From: an uncultured Acidobacteriota bacterium | Lineage (GTDB): Bacteria > Acidobacteriota > Polarisedimenticolia > J045 | Direction: 5' to 3' | DNA: 64,000 bases | Assembly: GCA_963702425.1 (NCBI GenBank) | Contig: CAVPCQ010000040.1 | Location: 1 to 64,000, forward strand | In this document: piece by piece, positions 34,087-44,443 of the stretch | Layout of the letters: every line of letters begins with the position of its first letter | How positions within the stretch are numbered: position 1 is the stretch's first letter | The notes under the pieces: generated by a model | Database searches by the model: none | What the model was told of the DNA's origin: nothing | Seen by the model: the letters and a program-made list of their open reading frames with translations, nothing else | Position numbers and translations under genes: made by a program

Positions 34087-35717
34087 TCAGCAGAGCGTCA
34101 GGTTCGCCGCGAGGCCGCCCTCGCTCGTCTCCTTGTACTTGTTGCTCATGTCCCGGCCCGTCTCGGCCATCGTCTCGATCGTCGTGTCGAGGTCGACCCG
34201 GTGCCTGGTCTCGATCTCGTTGCTGGCGATCATGTAGGCGACCCACGCCTTGACGGCGCCGAACGCGCAGCGCTCGATGCAGGGCACCTGCACGTAGCCG
34301 GCCACCGGGTCGCAGGTCAGCCCGAGGTGATGCTCGAGCGCCGACTCGGCGGCGTTCTCGATCACCTGCGGCGGCTGCTCGAAGACCTGGGCGATGAAGG
34401 CGGCCGACATCGCCGACGCGACGCCGATCTCCGCCTGGCAGCCTCCCTCGGCTCCCGACAGGGTCGCGTTGTGCTTGCCCAGGTAGCCGATCGCGGCGGC
34501 GGCCAGCAGCCCCTGCCGGATCTGCTCCTTGGAGATCTTCCGCTTCCCCTCGACGAGCGCCGACACGATCGCCGGCATGACGCCGGCCGAACCGCCGGTG
34601 GGCGCGGTGATCACCAGGTGGCCCCGCGCGTTCTCCTCCGAGGCGGCGAGGGCGAAAGCCGAGACCAGCGCGATCGCGCGGTCGGCCTCGTACTTGTCGT
34701 CCTGCGCCCGGGCATAGACCGTGGCCGCCTTGGAATACAGCTTGATCGGGCCGGGCAGGACGCCTTCCTTGGCCGAGAGCCCGGACTTCACGGTCGCCAG
34801 CATCGCGTTGCCGATCTTGTCGAGGAAGGCGTTGATCTCGGCCTCGGACTTGCCCGAGACGGCGAGCTCGTTGGCCATCATGACCTGCGCGATCGAGAGC
34901 TTGTTGTCCTCGGCGTGCTTTCGAAGCTCTTTCATGGTCGCGTAGGGGTACTTCGGCTGTCCCTTCTTCGGCGGCTGGTACCCCTTCCACTCGATGAACC
35001 CGCCGCCGACCGAGTAGTACTCCTGCTCCAGCAGGACCTGGTCGCCGGCCAGCAGCTTGCACGTCATCGTGTTCGGGTGCGGGAAGTCGCCCTTGGGGTT
35101 GTCGTAGATCACGTCGGCAAGCGAGAGCTGGAACGTCTTCTCGCCCAGCTTCACCGGGTACGACTGCTCGGGCTTCGCCGCCATCTCGTCGAGGAACAGC
35201 GGATCGACGGTCGCCGGCTCCTTGCCGAGCAGGCCGGCCAGCGTCGCACGCTCGGTGCCGTGGCCCTTGCCCGTGGCGCTCAGGCTGCCGAAGAGGTGGA
35301 CCTTGAGTCCCGTCGCCTTCGCCAGCTGCTCGGGCGGCAGCTTGGTGCAGCGCTGGTAGAAGTCGTAGCTGATCCGCATGGGGCCGATCGTGTGGGAGCT
35401 CGACGGTCCGGGGCCCACCTTGTAGAACTCCTCGAGGACGGTCATGACCGGGCCCTTGGACCGCGCGACCACGTCGAGGTCCTGTGCCATCGCCGATCCC
35501 AGGCCCTTCGGCTTGGGCGGCGGCGGGGCTGCGGCGGCGCGGCCGCCTCCTTCGCGGCCTGCGCGGTGCGCTCCTCGCGCGACGTGTCGCACCCGGTCAT
35601 CACGGCCGCGGCCCCGATGACCGCGCTGCGCATCAGGAACGCCCGGCGATCGGTCCCCTCCGGCGCCGCGTCGGCTGCCGGGTTGGAGGAAAACGGCGTG
35701 CTTACTGGGGGCTTCAT
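34087..35717 (-). CDS. sdaA: Fe-S L-serine ammonia-lyase with an N-terminal Tat/lipoprotein leader (frameshift near 35525)
   Basis: KVGPGPSSSHTIGPM, GSLSATGKGHGT, YYSVGGGF, TAPTGGSAGVMPA, GGCQAEIG, HHLGLTCDPVAGYVQVPCIER, YKETSEGGLA. The upstream frame encodes DRRAFL...AVMTGC. Confidence 0.88.
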
Positions 35718-35761
35718 GATGGGGCTCCTTTTCGCGCCGGCGCGGCGATCGCGCCGCGGTC

Positions 35762-38102
35762 TCAATCCTGGCTCTGGATCCCGTCGAGGTACCCTCGGAC
35801 GCCGGTCTGCACGTGCGCCGCGTTGGCCTCGTCGGTGTCGATGTGCATGGCGAGGGCGTAGCTCGGGTCGACGCGCACGAGGACGTCGCCGAAGACCAGT
35901 TCCCGGTCCCCTTCGACGCGGACGCGAACGAACGCCTTGTCGCGGACGCCGTACCGGAGGGCGTCGGCCGGCGTCATGTGAATGTGGCGCAGCGCGCAGA
36001 TCACGCCCCGCTCGAGCGTCACGCTCCCGGCCGGCCCCTCCAGCGTGCAGCCCGGCGTGTCCTTGACGTCGCCGCTCTCGCGGATCGGCGGCTGCAGGCC
36101 GAGCTTGAACTGCTCGGTCATCGCGATCTCGACCTGCGTCGCCTTCCGCGTCGGTCCGAGGATCCGCACGCGCTCGATCCGGCCCTTGGGCCCGACGATC
36201 GTGACCTGCTCCTTGCAGGCGAACTGTCCGGGCTGGGAGAGATCGGCGTGCCGGGTGAGCTGCTGTCCCGGTCCGAACAGGGCCTCGACGTGCTCCTGCG
36301 TCAGGTGGATGTGGTGCGCGGAGACCTCGACCAGGAAGGGCTGCTGCTGCCGGGCCTCGAGTGCCTTGCCGATGTACGACCGGCTCAATGCCCGCAGCGC
36401 TTCGCGCGCCATCATGCGTTCTTCGTCGGCCGGGATGACCAGCACGGTCACACGCGAGTCGTCCGTGGAGATCCGGCAGGTCTCCTCGAACCCCCGGGCG
36501 GCCCGATTCCGCTCGTCGTCCAGACGGACCCCCATCACCCCGAGACCCTGCAGCGCGAGCGCCCGGACCTCGGCGCTCCCCTGCCCGACGCCGCCCGTGA
36601 AGGCGATGACGTCCAGCCCTCCCATCGCGGCGACGTAGGCACCGATGTACTTCCGCACGCGGTAGCAGTAGGCCTTGAGGGCCACCAGCGCCCGCGGCTC
36701 ACCGGCCTCGGCAGCCTTCAGGACTTCGCGCATGTCGCTCGAGATCCCGGACATCCCGAGCAGGCCGCTCTTCTTGTTGAGGATCTCCTCGCTCTGGGTG
36801 GCCGTGAGGCCCTCGGTGCGCTCGAGGAACGCCAGGACCCCGGCGTCCACGTCACCGCAACGCGTGCCCATGATCAGTCCCTCGGCGGGGGTGAATCCCA
36901 TCGTCGTGTCCACCGACCGCCCGTGGTCCAGGGCGCACAGCGACGCACCGTTGCCGAGGTGGCAGCTCACGATCTCGAGCTCGTTCGGGCGCCGGCCGAG
37001 ATACTCGGCGGCGCGCAGGCTGACGTAGGCGTGCGACGTTCCGTGAAACCCGTACCGGCGGACGCCCTTCTTCTCGTAGAACTCGTGGGGCAGGCCGTAG
37101 AGGAAGGCGTAGGACGGGAGCGTGTGGTGAAACGCCGTGTCGAAGACGGCGAAGTGCGGTGCGGCGGGGAAGAGCCGGCGCATTTCTCGGATGCCGGCCA
37201 GGTTCACCGGGTTGTGCAGCGGGGCGAGCGGGCTCAGCGCCTCGAGCTGCTCGAGTACCTCATCCGTGACGAGCGTCGCCTCGGTGAACCGCTCGCCTCC
37301 GTGCACGACGCGGTGAGCCACGACGACTGACCTCGCCCGCGCCGGCGATGACGCGCGCCTCCGTCGTCGTGAGCGCTTCCACCATCGCGCGGAAGGCCTC
37401 GGCGAAGCCGGCGCGGGGAAGCTCTCGCCGCACCTCGCCGCTCGGCCCGCGGTGCACGTGCAGCGTTCCCTCGATGCCGATGCGCTCGACCTGGCCGCGC
37501 GCCTGGCGCGACTCGTCGGCCGTGTCGTAGAACGAGTACTTGAGCGACGAGGAGCCGCAGTTGATGACGAGGATCTTCTCGGGCCGCTCTCCCCGGAGAC
37601 TGAGACCGTAGGGATCGGCGCTCTGGCGCAGCGCGGCGGCGGCGGCCGCCGGATTCGCCGTCACCTCCTTGAAGCGATCGGCGATCGTGCGCGAGATCTG
37701 CTGCACCGCGGCCGGCTCGGCGACGATCACGGACTGGAAGAGCGACACCGGGATGCAGAGCACCTGGCTGCGCGACTCGGCGATCAAGTCGGCGAGCATC
37801 CGGTCGCCGGTCATCAGCGCCAGCTCGCCGAAGGTCCCGCCGGCTTCCAGCCGGCCGAGCGTCTGTCGAACGCCTCCCTCGCCGAACGCCGACGCGGAGA
37901 CCGCGCCGCTGAGGACGACGCCGAGAAGCGTCGCCTCGGCACCGTGATGCAGGATCGCTTCGTTGGGCTCGAACGACGCGACACGCGAACCACGCACGAG
38001 TTCGCCGAGTCGCTCGTCGGAGAAGTCGGCGAACAGAGGAACGCGCGTTTTCAGGAAGCGGACGATGTCGCCGGGGCTACTCAGCGGTCGATCGGTCGGC
38101 AT
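35762..38102 (-). CDS. ackA: Fusion of cyclic-nucleotide-binding domain, acetate/propionate kinase and PduL-type phosphotransacylase (frameshift near 37325)
   Basis: cNMP: VPLFADF...FGELALM. AckA: ILVINCGSSSLKY, HRVVHGGE, LAPLHNP, FDTAFH, RRYGFHGTSH, CHLGNGAS. PduL: EVSAHHIHLT, LSQPGQFA, RHIHMTP, MHIDTDEANAA. Confidence 0.88.
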
Positions 38103-38533
38103 GGGGGTCGTGCTCCTCGCTCGAGCAGATCGGGGGTGCGATCCGCGCGGTCGAAACGTGGTGAGGCGGCGCTCGGGACAGGCACGCCGACGAGTTTCCC
38201 ACGGGAAGGCGTTGCACGGGAAGGTCGAGTTGCGAGGACATTCCCTTCCTTCGCTCCGCGCCCGCTCCAGTTCCGCCAGGGGAGCGCGCCCGGCGTCTGC
38301 CTCAACTTTCGCCACCTCAGTCGGGAATGGCCTGGGCTGCACCGGGGCGACGCCGACACAGGGGAGTTACGAGGTCCTTGCCGGGACTACCCCCGGGCGG
38401 CAGGGGAGGGCCTCCCTCCCCCAGCCTCGAGGCGGATCGCTCACGGCTGGCGGTCTACTTCGGCCCTGATTCCCGCGGGGGACACTCCCATCAACTCGGC
38501 TATCATCGCCAGGTAGCGGAGGAGGACTCCCGC

Positions 38534-39208
38534 TTGGCCGCTTTCCGCAACGCGATCTCGAGCAAGTACCTCGACCCGGCGTCGAGCCTGAGCGAGGTCC
38601 TGTTCGGCCTGATCATGACCCTCACCTTCACGCTGGGGGCGGGGCTGACGCTCCAGGAAGAGGGCCGCGAGGGGGCCCGCGAGCTGCTGATCGCGACGAT
38701 CGGCTGCAACATCGCCTGGGGCGTGATCGACGGCGTGCTCTACATCGTCAGCCGGCTCTTCGAGCGCGGCCGGCGCAAACGGCTGGCGCGGGCGGTCCAG
38801 GAAGCGAAGGGCGACGCGGAGGCCATCGCGCTGGTGGCCGGCGAGTACGACGAGCTGCTGGGCGAGGTGACGAGCGCCGAGGAGCGGCGGGGCCTGTACC
38901 AGCGGGTGGTCGACAACCTGCGCTCGGGAACGGTTCCGCCGAACCGCATGACCGGAGCCGACGCCATGGGGGCGATCGCGAGCTTCTGGCTGGTCTTCCT
39001 CGCCAGCCTGCCGGCCGCGATCCCGTTCTTCTTCATCGACGACGCCCGGCGGGCCCTGCGCATCTCCAACCTGCTCCTGCTCGCGCTGCTCTTCGTGACG
39101 GGGCACGCGTGGGGACGCTACGCGGTCGCCCGGCCGTGGGTCGCGGGGCTGGTCTTCCTGCTCGGCGGGTCGGCCTTGGTCGTCGCGACGATCGCGCTGG
39201 GAGGTTGA
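38534..39208 (+). CDS. VIT1/CCC1-like membrane protein
   Basis: LDPASSLSEVLFGLIMTL, GCNIAWGVIDG, ALRISN; GGAGGA RBS before a TTG start. Confidence 0.7.
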   Translation: MAAFRNAISSKYLDPASSLSEVLFGLIMTLTFTLGAGLTLQEEGREGARELLIATIGCNIAWGVIDGVLYIVSRLFERGRRKRLARAVQEAKGDAEAIALVAGEYDELLGEVTSAEERRGLYQRVVDNLRSGTVPPNRMTGADAMGAIASFWLVFLASLPAAIPFFFIDDARRALRISNLLLLALLFVTGHAWGRYAVARPWVAGLVFLLGGSALVVATIALGG

Positions 39209-39214
39209 GGCGCG

Positions 39215-39919
39215 ATGAGCGGCAGGTACAAGCACCGCTGGCCCGTCCTCCACGCCCTGACGCAGTTCTGGGGCCAGGACCGGGGCCTCTCCGTCGTCCT
39301 CGCCCTGCTGATCGTCTCGATCTTCGTGCTGCCGCCGTTCCTGTCGCCCGGCAGCGGTCGCAGCGCGATCGGCGACGCTCTCTTCGCGATGATGCTGATC
39401 GCCGGCGTGCGCGCGCTCTTCGCGTGGAAGTTCGCGCGCTACGTCCTGATGCCCGTCGCGGCGATCTCGGTCTCGGTGGAAGCCGCGAGTTGGATCATGT
39501 CGGTCCCGCGCCCCTGGGTCCAGGCGTCCACCCTGCTCGCCCTCCTGCTGCTCCTGGTCATCGTCGTGGCCCAGACCTTCCGCAGCGGGCCGATCACGGT
39601 TCACCGGATCATGGGCGGGGTCGCGGCCTACCTGCTGCTCGGCGTGATCTGGGCCGAGGCCTACGCCCTGGTCGAGATGCTCCATTCCGGCGCGTTTCTG
39701 GGGCCCGTCCACGTCGCGGACGGCCCGCGGGCCTGGCTCTACTTCAGCTTCGTGACGCTGGCGACGGTCGGCTACGGAGATGTCCTGCCGGTCCACCCGC
39801 TGGCGCGATCGCTCGCGATGCTCGAGGCCGTCACGGGCTCGCTGTTCCTCACGATCCTGCTGGCCCGCCTCGTCACGCTCGCGACGATGGCCGGGCGAAA
39901 CGGGGACAGCAACCGTTAG
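39215..39919 (+). CDS. Potassium channel family (ion channel) protein
   Basis: Pore/selectivity filter YFSFVTLATVGYGD with flanking TM helices. Confidence 0.85.
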   Translation: MSGRYKHRWPVLHALTQFWGQDRGLSVVLALLIVSIFVLPPFLSPGSGRSAIGDALFAMMLIAGVRALFAWKFARYVLMPVAAISVSVEAASWIMSVPRPWVQASTLLALLLLLVIVVAQTFRSGPITVHRIMGGVAAYLLLGVIWAEAYALVEMLHSGAFLGPVHVADGPRAWLYFSFVTLATVGYGDVLPVHPLARSLAMLEAVTGSLFLTILLARLVTLATMAGRNGDSNR

Positions 39920-39971
39920 TCGGTAAGTCGGTCCGAATCGGGGACAGCTACTGTAAGTCGGTTAGTCGGGA
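39896..39971. repeat. Imperfect 38-bp tandem duplication at the channel gene 3' end
   Basis: cgaaacggggacagcaaccgttagtcggtaagtcggtc followed by cgaatcggggacagctactgtaagtcggttagtcggga. Confidence 0.7.
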
Positions 39972-39980
39972 GCTGCGACC

Positions 39981-40625
39981 CTACTCGGCCCCGACCTCGT
40001 AGACCGCGAGGCACCCGGCGGCGTAGCGGACGCGCGCCGGGGCGCGCACGACCGCGTTGCTGATCCCCTCGCGCACTCCCAGCGCCAGCGTCGCCCCGGC
40101 GAGCGGCCAGCGCAGGCCGTCGGTTTCGATCCCGGTCGCGCGCGGGAGTGGGAGCAGCGAGAGCTTCGAGCCGGGCGGGAGGTCGAGGTCGCACCACGTT
40201 CCCCGAGGAAGCACGCGGAGGCGCCCGTGCGCGTCCTCGGCCTCGAGCTGCAGCCGGTCGGCGAAGCGCGCGAACAGCGACAGGTGCCCGAAGAAGTGGT
40301 CCCAGCGCCGCCCCGCCGCGCCGAGCACGACGGCGCGCTCGAAGCCGCGCCGCGCCGCCTCCAGCAGCGCCTTCTCGAGGTCGGTCGTCTCCTGGTCGGG
40401 GACCGGCAGCCGCTCGATCGTCGCGGGGAGCGCGGCGATCCCCGGGCCGCGCGTATCGATCGAGTCCATGTCGCCGATCACCGCGTCCGGCGTCACCCCG
40501 GCCGCGAGCGCCGTTCCGACCGCCCCGTCGGCGCAGACGAACCAGTCGGCGGCCGCGGCGCGGGCCGCGAGCAGCGCCGGGTCGGGCGCGTCGCCGTGGA
40601 CGAGGACGAGGGCGGTGCGGGGCAC
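39981..40625 (-). CDS. thiN: Thiamine diphosphokinase
   Basis: VCADGA, PDAVIGDMDS, DQETTDLEKAL, GAAGRRWDH, GLRWPL, GISN. Confidence 0.9.
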   Translation of the reverse strand: MPRTALVLVHGDAPDPALLAARAAAADWFVCADGAVGTALAAGVTPDAVIGDMDSIDTRGPGIAALPATIERLPVPDQETTDLEKALLEAARRGFERAVVLGAAGRRWDHFFGHLSLFARFADRLQLEAEDAHGRLRVLPRGTWCDLDLPPGSKLSLLPLPRATGIETDGLRWPLAGATLALGVREGISNAVVRAPARVRYAAGCLAVYEVGAE

Positions 40626-40729
40626 GGGGAGGATGATAGCGCGGGGTTGGGTCAGCGTAGCGCTGAGCTCGCTCGGATGCGGCTCCTGAGGCTCGACCAG
40701 CTCATGCTTCTCGCGCTACAACCTCACGG

Positions 40730-40978
40730 TCAGCCGAGGCCTTCGGCGGCGAGATGGCCGAGCTCCTTCGACTCGACCAGGACAGAGGCCCGCGTGGTGG
40801 CCGACGCACGGCGATAGGCCTCGCGCAGGCTGTCGCGATCGGTCGTGTCCTTGAGGAGCTGTAGCCCGCGCCGGACGACCTCGATCCTGCTCTTTGCGCC
40901 AAGCTCAGCCTGTAGCGCCACGATGAGCCCGAGTTCTTCGGGCGAAAGACAGATGCGAGATTTCGTGTTCGGCCTCAT
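40730..40978 (-). CDS. Small putative antitoxin / DNA-binding protein
   Basis: 82 aa, KSRIEVVRRGL...LREAYRRAS, acidic tail (ELGHLAAEGL); lies next to a PIN remnant. Family assignment is inference. Confidence 0.5.
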   Translation of the reverse strand: MRPNTKSRICLSPEELGLIVALQAELGAKSRIEVVRRGLQLLKDTTDRDSLREAYRRASATTRASVLVESKELGHLAAEGLG

Positions 40979-41117
40979 GACCCGATCATGGTGCAGCTGC
41001 GGGCAGGAATCGACCAGGAGACGTGGACGGTGACCGATTCGATCGGGGCCAGGCCCGGTGGAACCGTGGCGTCGCTGCCTCCCCGCCCTACCGTCCCGGT
41101 TCCCCGCCGCCCCCGCA

Positions 41118-41437
41118 GTGCCTCGAGCGGGGCGACGTGATCGTCACGACCGGGATCGTGCTCCAGGAACTGCTCCAGGGTTTCCAGGGGCCGACCGCCG
41201 CGCGGTGGATCGTGAAGGAGTTCTCGCTGCTCCCCGTTCTCGCACCGGAGATCGAGGATCACATCGAGGCCGCCGCACTCCGCAACCACTGCCGACGTCA
41301 CGGCGTCCAGGATCGGAACGATCGACGCCCTGCTGGCCCAGCTGTGCCTCCGGCACGGACTTCGCCTGCTGACAGCCGACCGCGACTTCGAGGCGATGGC
41401 GCAGCACTGCCCCCTCGCCCTCCTGCGCCCGAGCTGA
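41118..41437 (+). pseudogene. PIN-domain (VapC-like) toxin remnant
   Basis: TTGIVLQELLQG...AAALRNHCRRHGVQ, then after a frameshift GTIDALLAQLC...LLTADRDF. The N-terminal vDTs strand is absent. Confidence 0.7.
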
Positions 41438-41452
41438 GCGGAGACCCGCCCC

Positions 41453-41860
41453 CTACACCCGCCCCTTCAGCTCTTCCGGCAGCGGAATCGGCCGCTTGCT
41501 CTCGATCTCGACGAAGTACCCCGTCTGCCGCGCCGTCGCCGCGACGCGGTCTTCCGTCACGATCTCCGCCGCCACGACCCACTGCGCGCGCTTCGTCTCC
41601 GGCACCCACATCCGCCCGACGACGCGGTCGAACATCCGCACCGGCCAGCGGTAGTCGATCTCGGTGCGCGAGAGCACCGGCGCGATCCCGCGCGCGAGCG
41701 CGGTCTTGAGCGGGAAGTGCTCGTCGAGCAGCTTGTTGCGCAGGTCCTCGAGCCAGCGGATGTAGACCGCGTTGTGGACGATCCCGACGAAGTCGACGTC
41801 GTAGGTGCTGACCCGGAACGGCAGCTCGACCAGCATCCGCCGCGCCTCCGGCGCGGTCAC
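41453..41860 (-). CDS. Acyl-CoA thioesterase (YbgC/4HBT hot-dog family)
   Basis: VSTYDVDFVGIVHNAVYIRWLE, EIDYRWPV, RPIPLPEEL. Confidence 0.85.
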   Translation of the reverse strand: MTAPEARRMLVELPFRVSTYDVDFVGIVHNAVYIRWLEDLRNKLLDEHFPLKTALARGIAPVLSRTEIDYRWPVRMFDRVVGRMWVPETKRAQWVVAAEIVTEDRVAATARQTGYFVEIESKRPIPLPEELKGRV

Positions 41861-42426
41861 GCCCCGTCCTCGTCGGGCCGCGGGCGCTCCGCCCCCGGCC
41901 ATGGTCCCGGCGGCAGGGCCGGCACGTTCTGCACGACCGTCTCCTCCTTGAAGAGCCGGAAGCCGCGCGCCTTGTAGTTGGCGACCGCACCGGGGTGGTC
42001 GAGCGAGCAGGTGTGCAGCCAGACCCGCGCGCCGCCGATCTGCCGCGCGCGGCGCGTCGCCGCGGTCAGCAGCCAGCCGCCGAGCCCCTGCCCGACGAAC
42101 TGCGGCAGCAGGCCGATGTAGACGATCTCGACGCTCCCCGCCTCCTGCGCCTCCAGCTCGAAGTAGCCGGCCGGCGTCCCCTTGACCCAGAGGCACCAGG
42201 TCTCGAGCTCGGGCCGCGTGAGCCACTCCTGCCACTGCCGGTAGGTCCAGGAGAGGCGATCGATCCAGTACCAGTCGCCGCCAACGGCGGCGTACATGGA
42301 GCGGTTGAACTCCGGCGACGCGATCTCGACCTGCCGCACTTCCACCTCGGGCGGCGGCTCGGTGACGGGGCGGAAGTCGAGCGGGTCGCGCAGCTCGAGG
42401 TGCCAGATGGTGACGGTGCGGCGCAT
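41857..42426 (-). CDS. GNAT family N-acetyltransferase
   Basis: YIGLLPQFVGQGLGGWLL, VWLHTCSLDHPGAVANYKARGF. Confidence 0.88.
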   Translation of the reverse strand: MRRTVTIWHLELRDPLDFRPVTEPPPEVEVRQVEIASPEFNRSMYAAVGGDWYWIDRLSWTYRQWQEWLTRPELETWCLWVKGTPAGYFELEAQEAGSVEIVYIGLLPQFVGQGLGGWLLTAATRRARQIGGARVWLHTCSLDHPGAVANYKARGFRLFKEETVVQNVPALPPGPWPGAERPRPDEDGA

Positions 42427-42467
42427 CGCGTCAGCCTAGCCCGGACCGCGCGCGCCGACCAGCCTCC

Positions 42468-42890
42468 TCACGGCCGCGGCACTGCCCCCTTGTACGTCAA
42501 CCCCTCCGGCCCGAGCCACGGGTGGACCTCCACGACCAGCCGCCCCGCCTTCACCGCGGGATCGGTCTCGCAGAGCGCCTTCGCCTCCTCGAGCGTCGCC
42601 ACCTCGAACAGGAAGAGCCCGCGCAGGTCGCCGCCGTCCGTGAACGGCCCGGCGAGCAGCAGCTTCCCCTCTGCGCCGAGCTTGCGGATGTTCGCCATGT
42701 GACCTTCCTGCAGCGCGCGGATCTCCGGCGTGTCGCCGGGGGTCCAGGCCGGGCCCTTCTTGATCAGGCCGAGGTAGTAGGTCTTCATCGTGATCGTCGG
42801 CGCCGGCTTGCCCGCTTCTGCGGCCGGGGTCAGTCCGGCAACCCCGACGACGATCAAAGCCACCAACAAGATCCGTGCAACTTTCCGCAT
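42468..42890 (-). CDS. YciI family protein with signal peptide
   Basis: HMANI, GKLLLAGPF, DPAVKAGRL; GGAGG RBS. Confidence 0.8.
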   Translation of the reverse strand: MRKVARILLVALIVVGVAGLTPAAEAGKPAPTITMKTYYLGLIKKGPAWTPGDTPEIRALQEGHMANIRKLGAEGKLLLAGPFTDGGDLRGLFLFEVATLEEAKALCETDPAVKAGRLVVEVHPWLGPEGLTYKGAVPRP

Positions 42891-43018
42891 CGAGCCTCCT
42901 CCGAACCTGTCGGGGCCGGCCGCGGTGCTTGCCGGCCCGGGCGTTCGTCCCGGCACCAGAGTCTGGAGATGATCACATGGCGGTCGAGGGGGAGGGGGTC
43001 GGTGGTGCGCCGCCCCCG

Positions 43019-43256
43019 CAGAGGGCCGCCACGAATGCACATCCGCCGACAGAGGACCCCACCGAATGCACATCTCGCCCCGGCGCGGGCCTCTGAGCAC
43101 GCGCGCGGAGCCCAGAGACCGCCGAAAAACGACGCACTGTGTCATCTCAGAGGGAGTTCGACTGCAACTCGCCGGCCGATGTCGCTCCGATCCGCTCAAC
43201 GATGTGCGTTCGAGGGGGTCCTCTGTCGGCGGATGTGCATTCGAGGCGGCTCTCTG
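43019..43256. repeat. Element bounded by 56-bp imperfect inverted repeats (MITE/REPIN-like)
   Basis: Arms 43019-43074 and 43201-43256 match at 51 of 56 positions as reverse complements. Each arm is two roughly 30-bp units. Confidence 0.8.
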
Positions 43257-43348
43257 TCGCCCGCCGGGCCTCACGGCACAACCGCGGGCTCCATCCGCCG
43301 CCGAATCGCAACCGCCACCGCCGCACGCCGGCCCCGCCCCGCGCAACG

Positions 43349-44443
43349 TCAGCCTCCCCCCGTCATCCCGCGGATCACGTCGTCCCCCAGGCGCTCCTTC
43401 AGGAATGCCGCCAGCCGCTGGCGCAGCTTCACCTCGGCCTGGCGCATCGCCTCGCGCGTCACGCCGAAGCGGTCGCCCAGCTCCTGCAGCGTCGCCTCGT
43501 CGAGCGCCCCCAGCCGCTGGTCGAGCAGCGCGCGGTCGCGCTCCGTCAGCGTGGCGCGGAACTCCTCGAGCGCGCGCTTCGTCTTCCCCTGCAGGTCCTC
43601 GGCGATGACCCGGTGCTCCGCGTCCGCCTCCCCGTCGGCCAGCACGTCGGCGAGCGTCGCGGTCCCCTCCGCCGAGAGCGGCTGGTCCAGCGACGCGTCG
43701 CGCGCCGCCAGCACCTTCTCGGCCTCGACGACGTCGTGCTCCGAGACGTCGAGCCGCGCGGCGAGCAGCTTCGGCGTCGCCTCCACCCCCTGCGCGGCCA
43801 GCTTCGCCTGCTCGTGGCGCAGGTGATAGAGCAGCTTGCGGCGGTCGTTCGTCGTGCCGAAGCGGACGATCCGGCGGTTGTCCTGCAGGTACTTGAGGAT
43901 GTAGGCCTTGATCCACCAGGCGGCGTAGGTCGAGAAGCGGTTCCCCTGCTCCGGGTCGAAGCGCGTGACCGCCTCCATCAGGCCCACGTTCCCCTCCTGG
44001 ACCAGATCCATCAGGTTGTCGACGAAGCGGCGGTACATCAGCGCCAGCTTGACGACCAGCATCAGGTTGGCATTGACCAGCTGCGCCGCCGCGTCGCGGT
44101 CCCCGGTGTCGCGGAACAGGCGCGCCAGGCGCGCCTCCTCGTCGGCCGGCAGCGGCGGGATCGCGCGCACGTCGGCGATGTAGCGCGCCGTCGGGTCGAG
44201 CCGGGCCGGGAGTCCGCGCCCGGGGACGCGCGCGAGCGCGCGGGCCAGCTCATGCTCGGACTCGGCGGGAACGCTGTCAGCATCCAGGTCCGTTCCGAGC
44301 GCGTCCGCGTCGAGCACGACCTCCCCGACGTCGGGAACTACCTCGTCAGGATCGACAACGGTCTCGCCGGAGTCGGGCACGATCTCCGCGTCGACGACCC
44401 GCTCGGGCTCGTCGTCCGGCAGCCGGCGGCGGCGCGCGCTCAC
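43349..44443 (-). CDS. rpoH: RNA polymerase sigma-70 family factor, RpoH/sigma-32-like
   Basis: LVNANLMLVVK, DLVQEGNVGLMEAVTRFDP, RFSTYAAWWIKA, RpoH-box-like TTNDRRKLLYHL, TLQELGDRFGVTREAMRQAE. Confidence 0.8.
   Translation of the reverse strand: MSARRRRLPDDEPERVVDAEIVPDSGETVVDPDEVVPDVGEVVLDADALGTDLDADSVPAESEHELARALARVPGRGLPARLDPTARYIADVRAIPPLPADEEARLARLFRDTGDRDAAAQLVNANLMLVVKLALMYRRFVDNLMDLVQEGNVGLMEAVTRFDPEQGNRFSTYAAWWIKAYILKYLQDNRRIVRFGTTNDRRKLLYHLRHEQAKLAAQGVEATPKLLAARLDVSEHDVVEAEKVLAARDASLDQPLSAEGTATLADVLADGEADAEHRVIAEDLQGKTKRALEEFRATLTERDRALLDQRLGALDEATLQELGDRFGVTREAMRQAEVKLRQRLAAFLKERLGDDVIRGMTGGG

Noticed and set aside
38200-38225. Direct repeat cacgggaagg x2 upstream of the ackA fusion
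   Set aside because: It could be a regulator site but is too short, and nothing else supports it.
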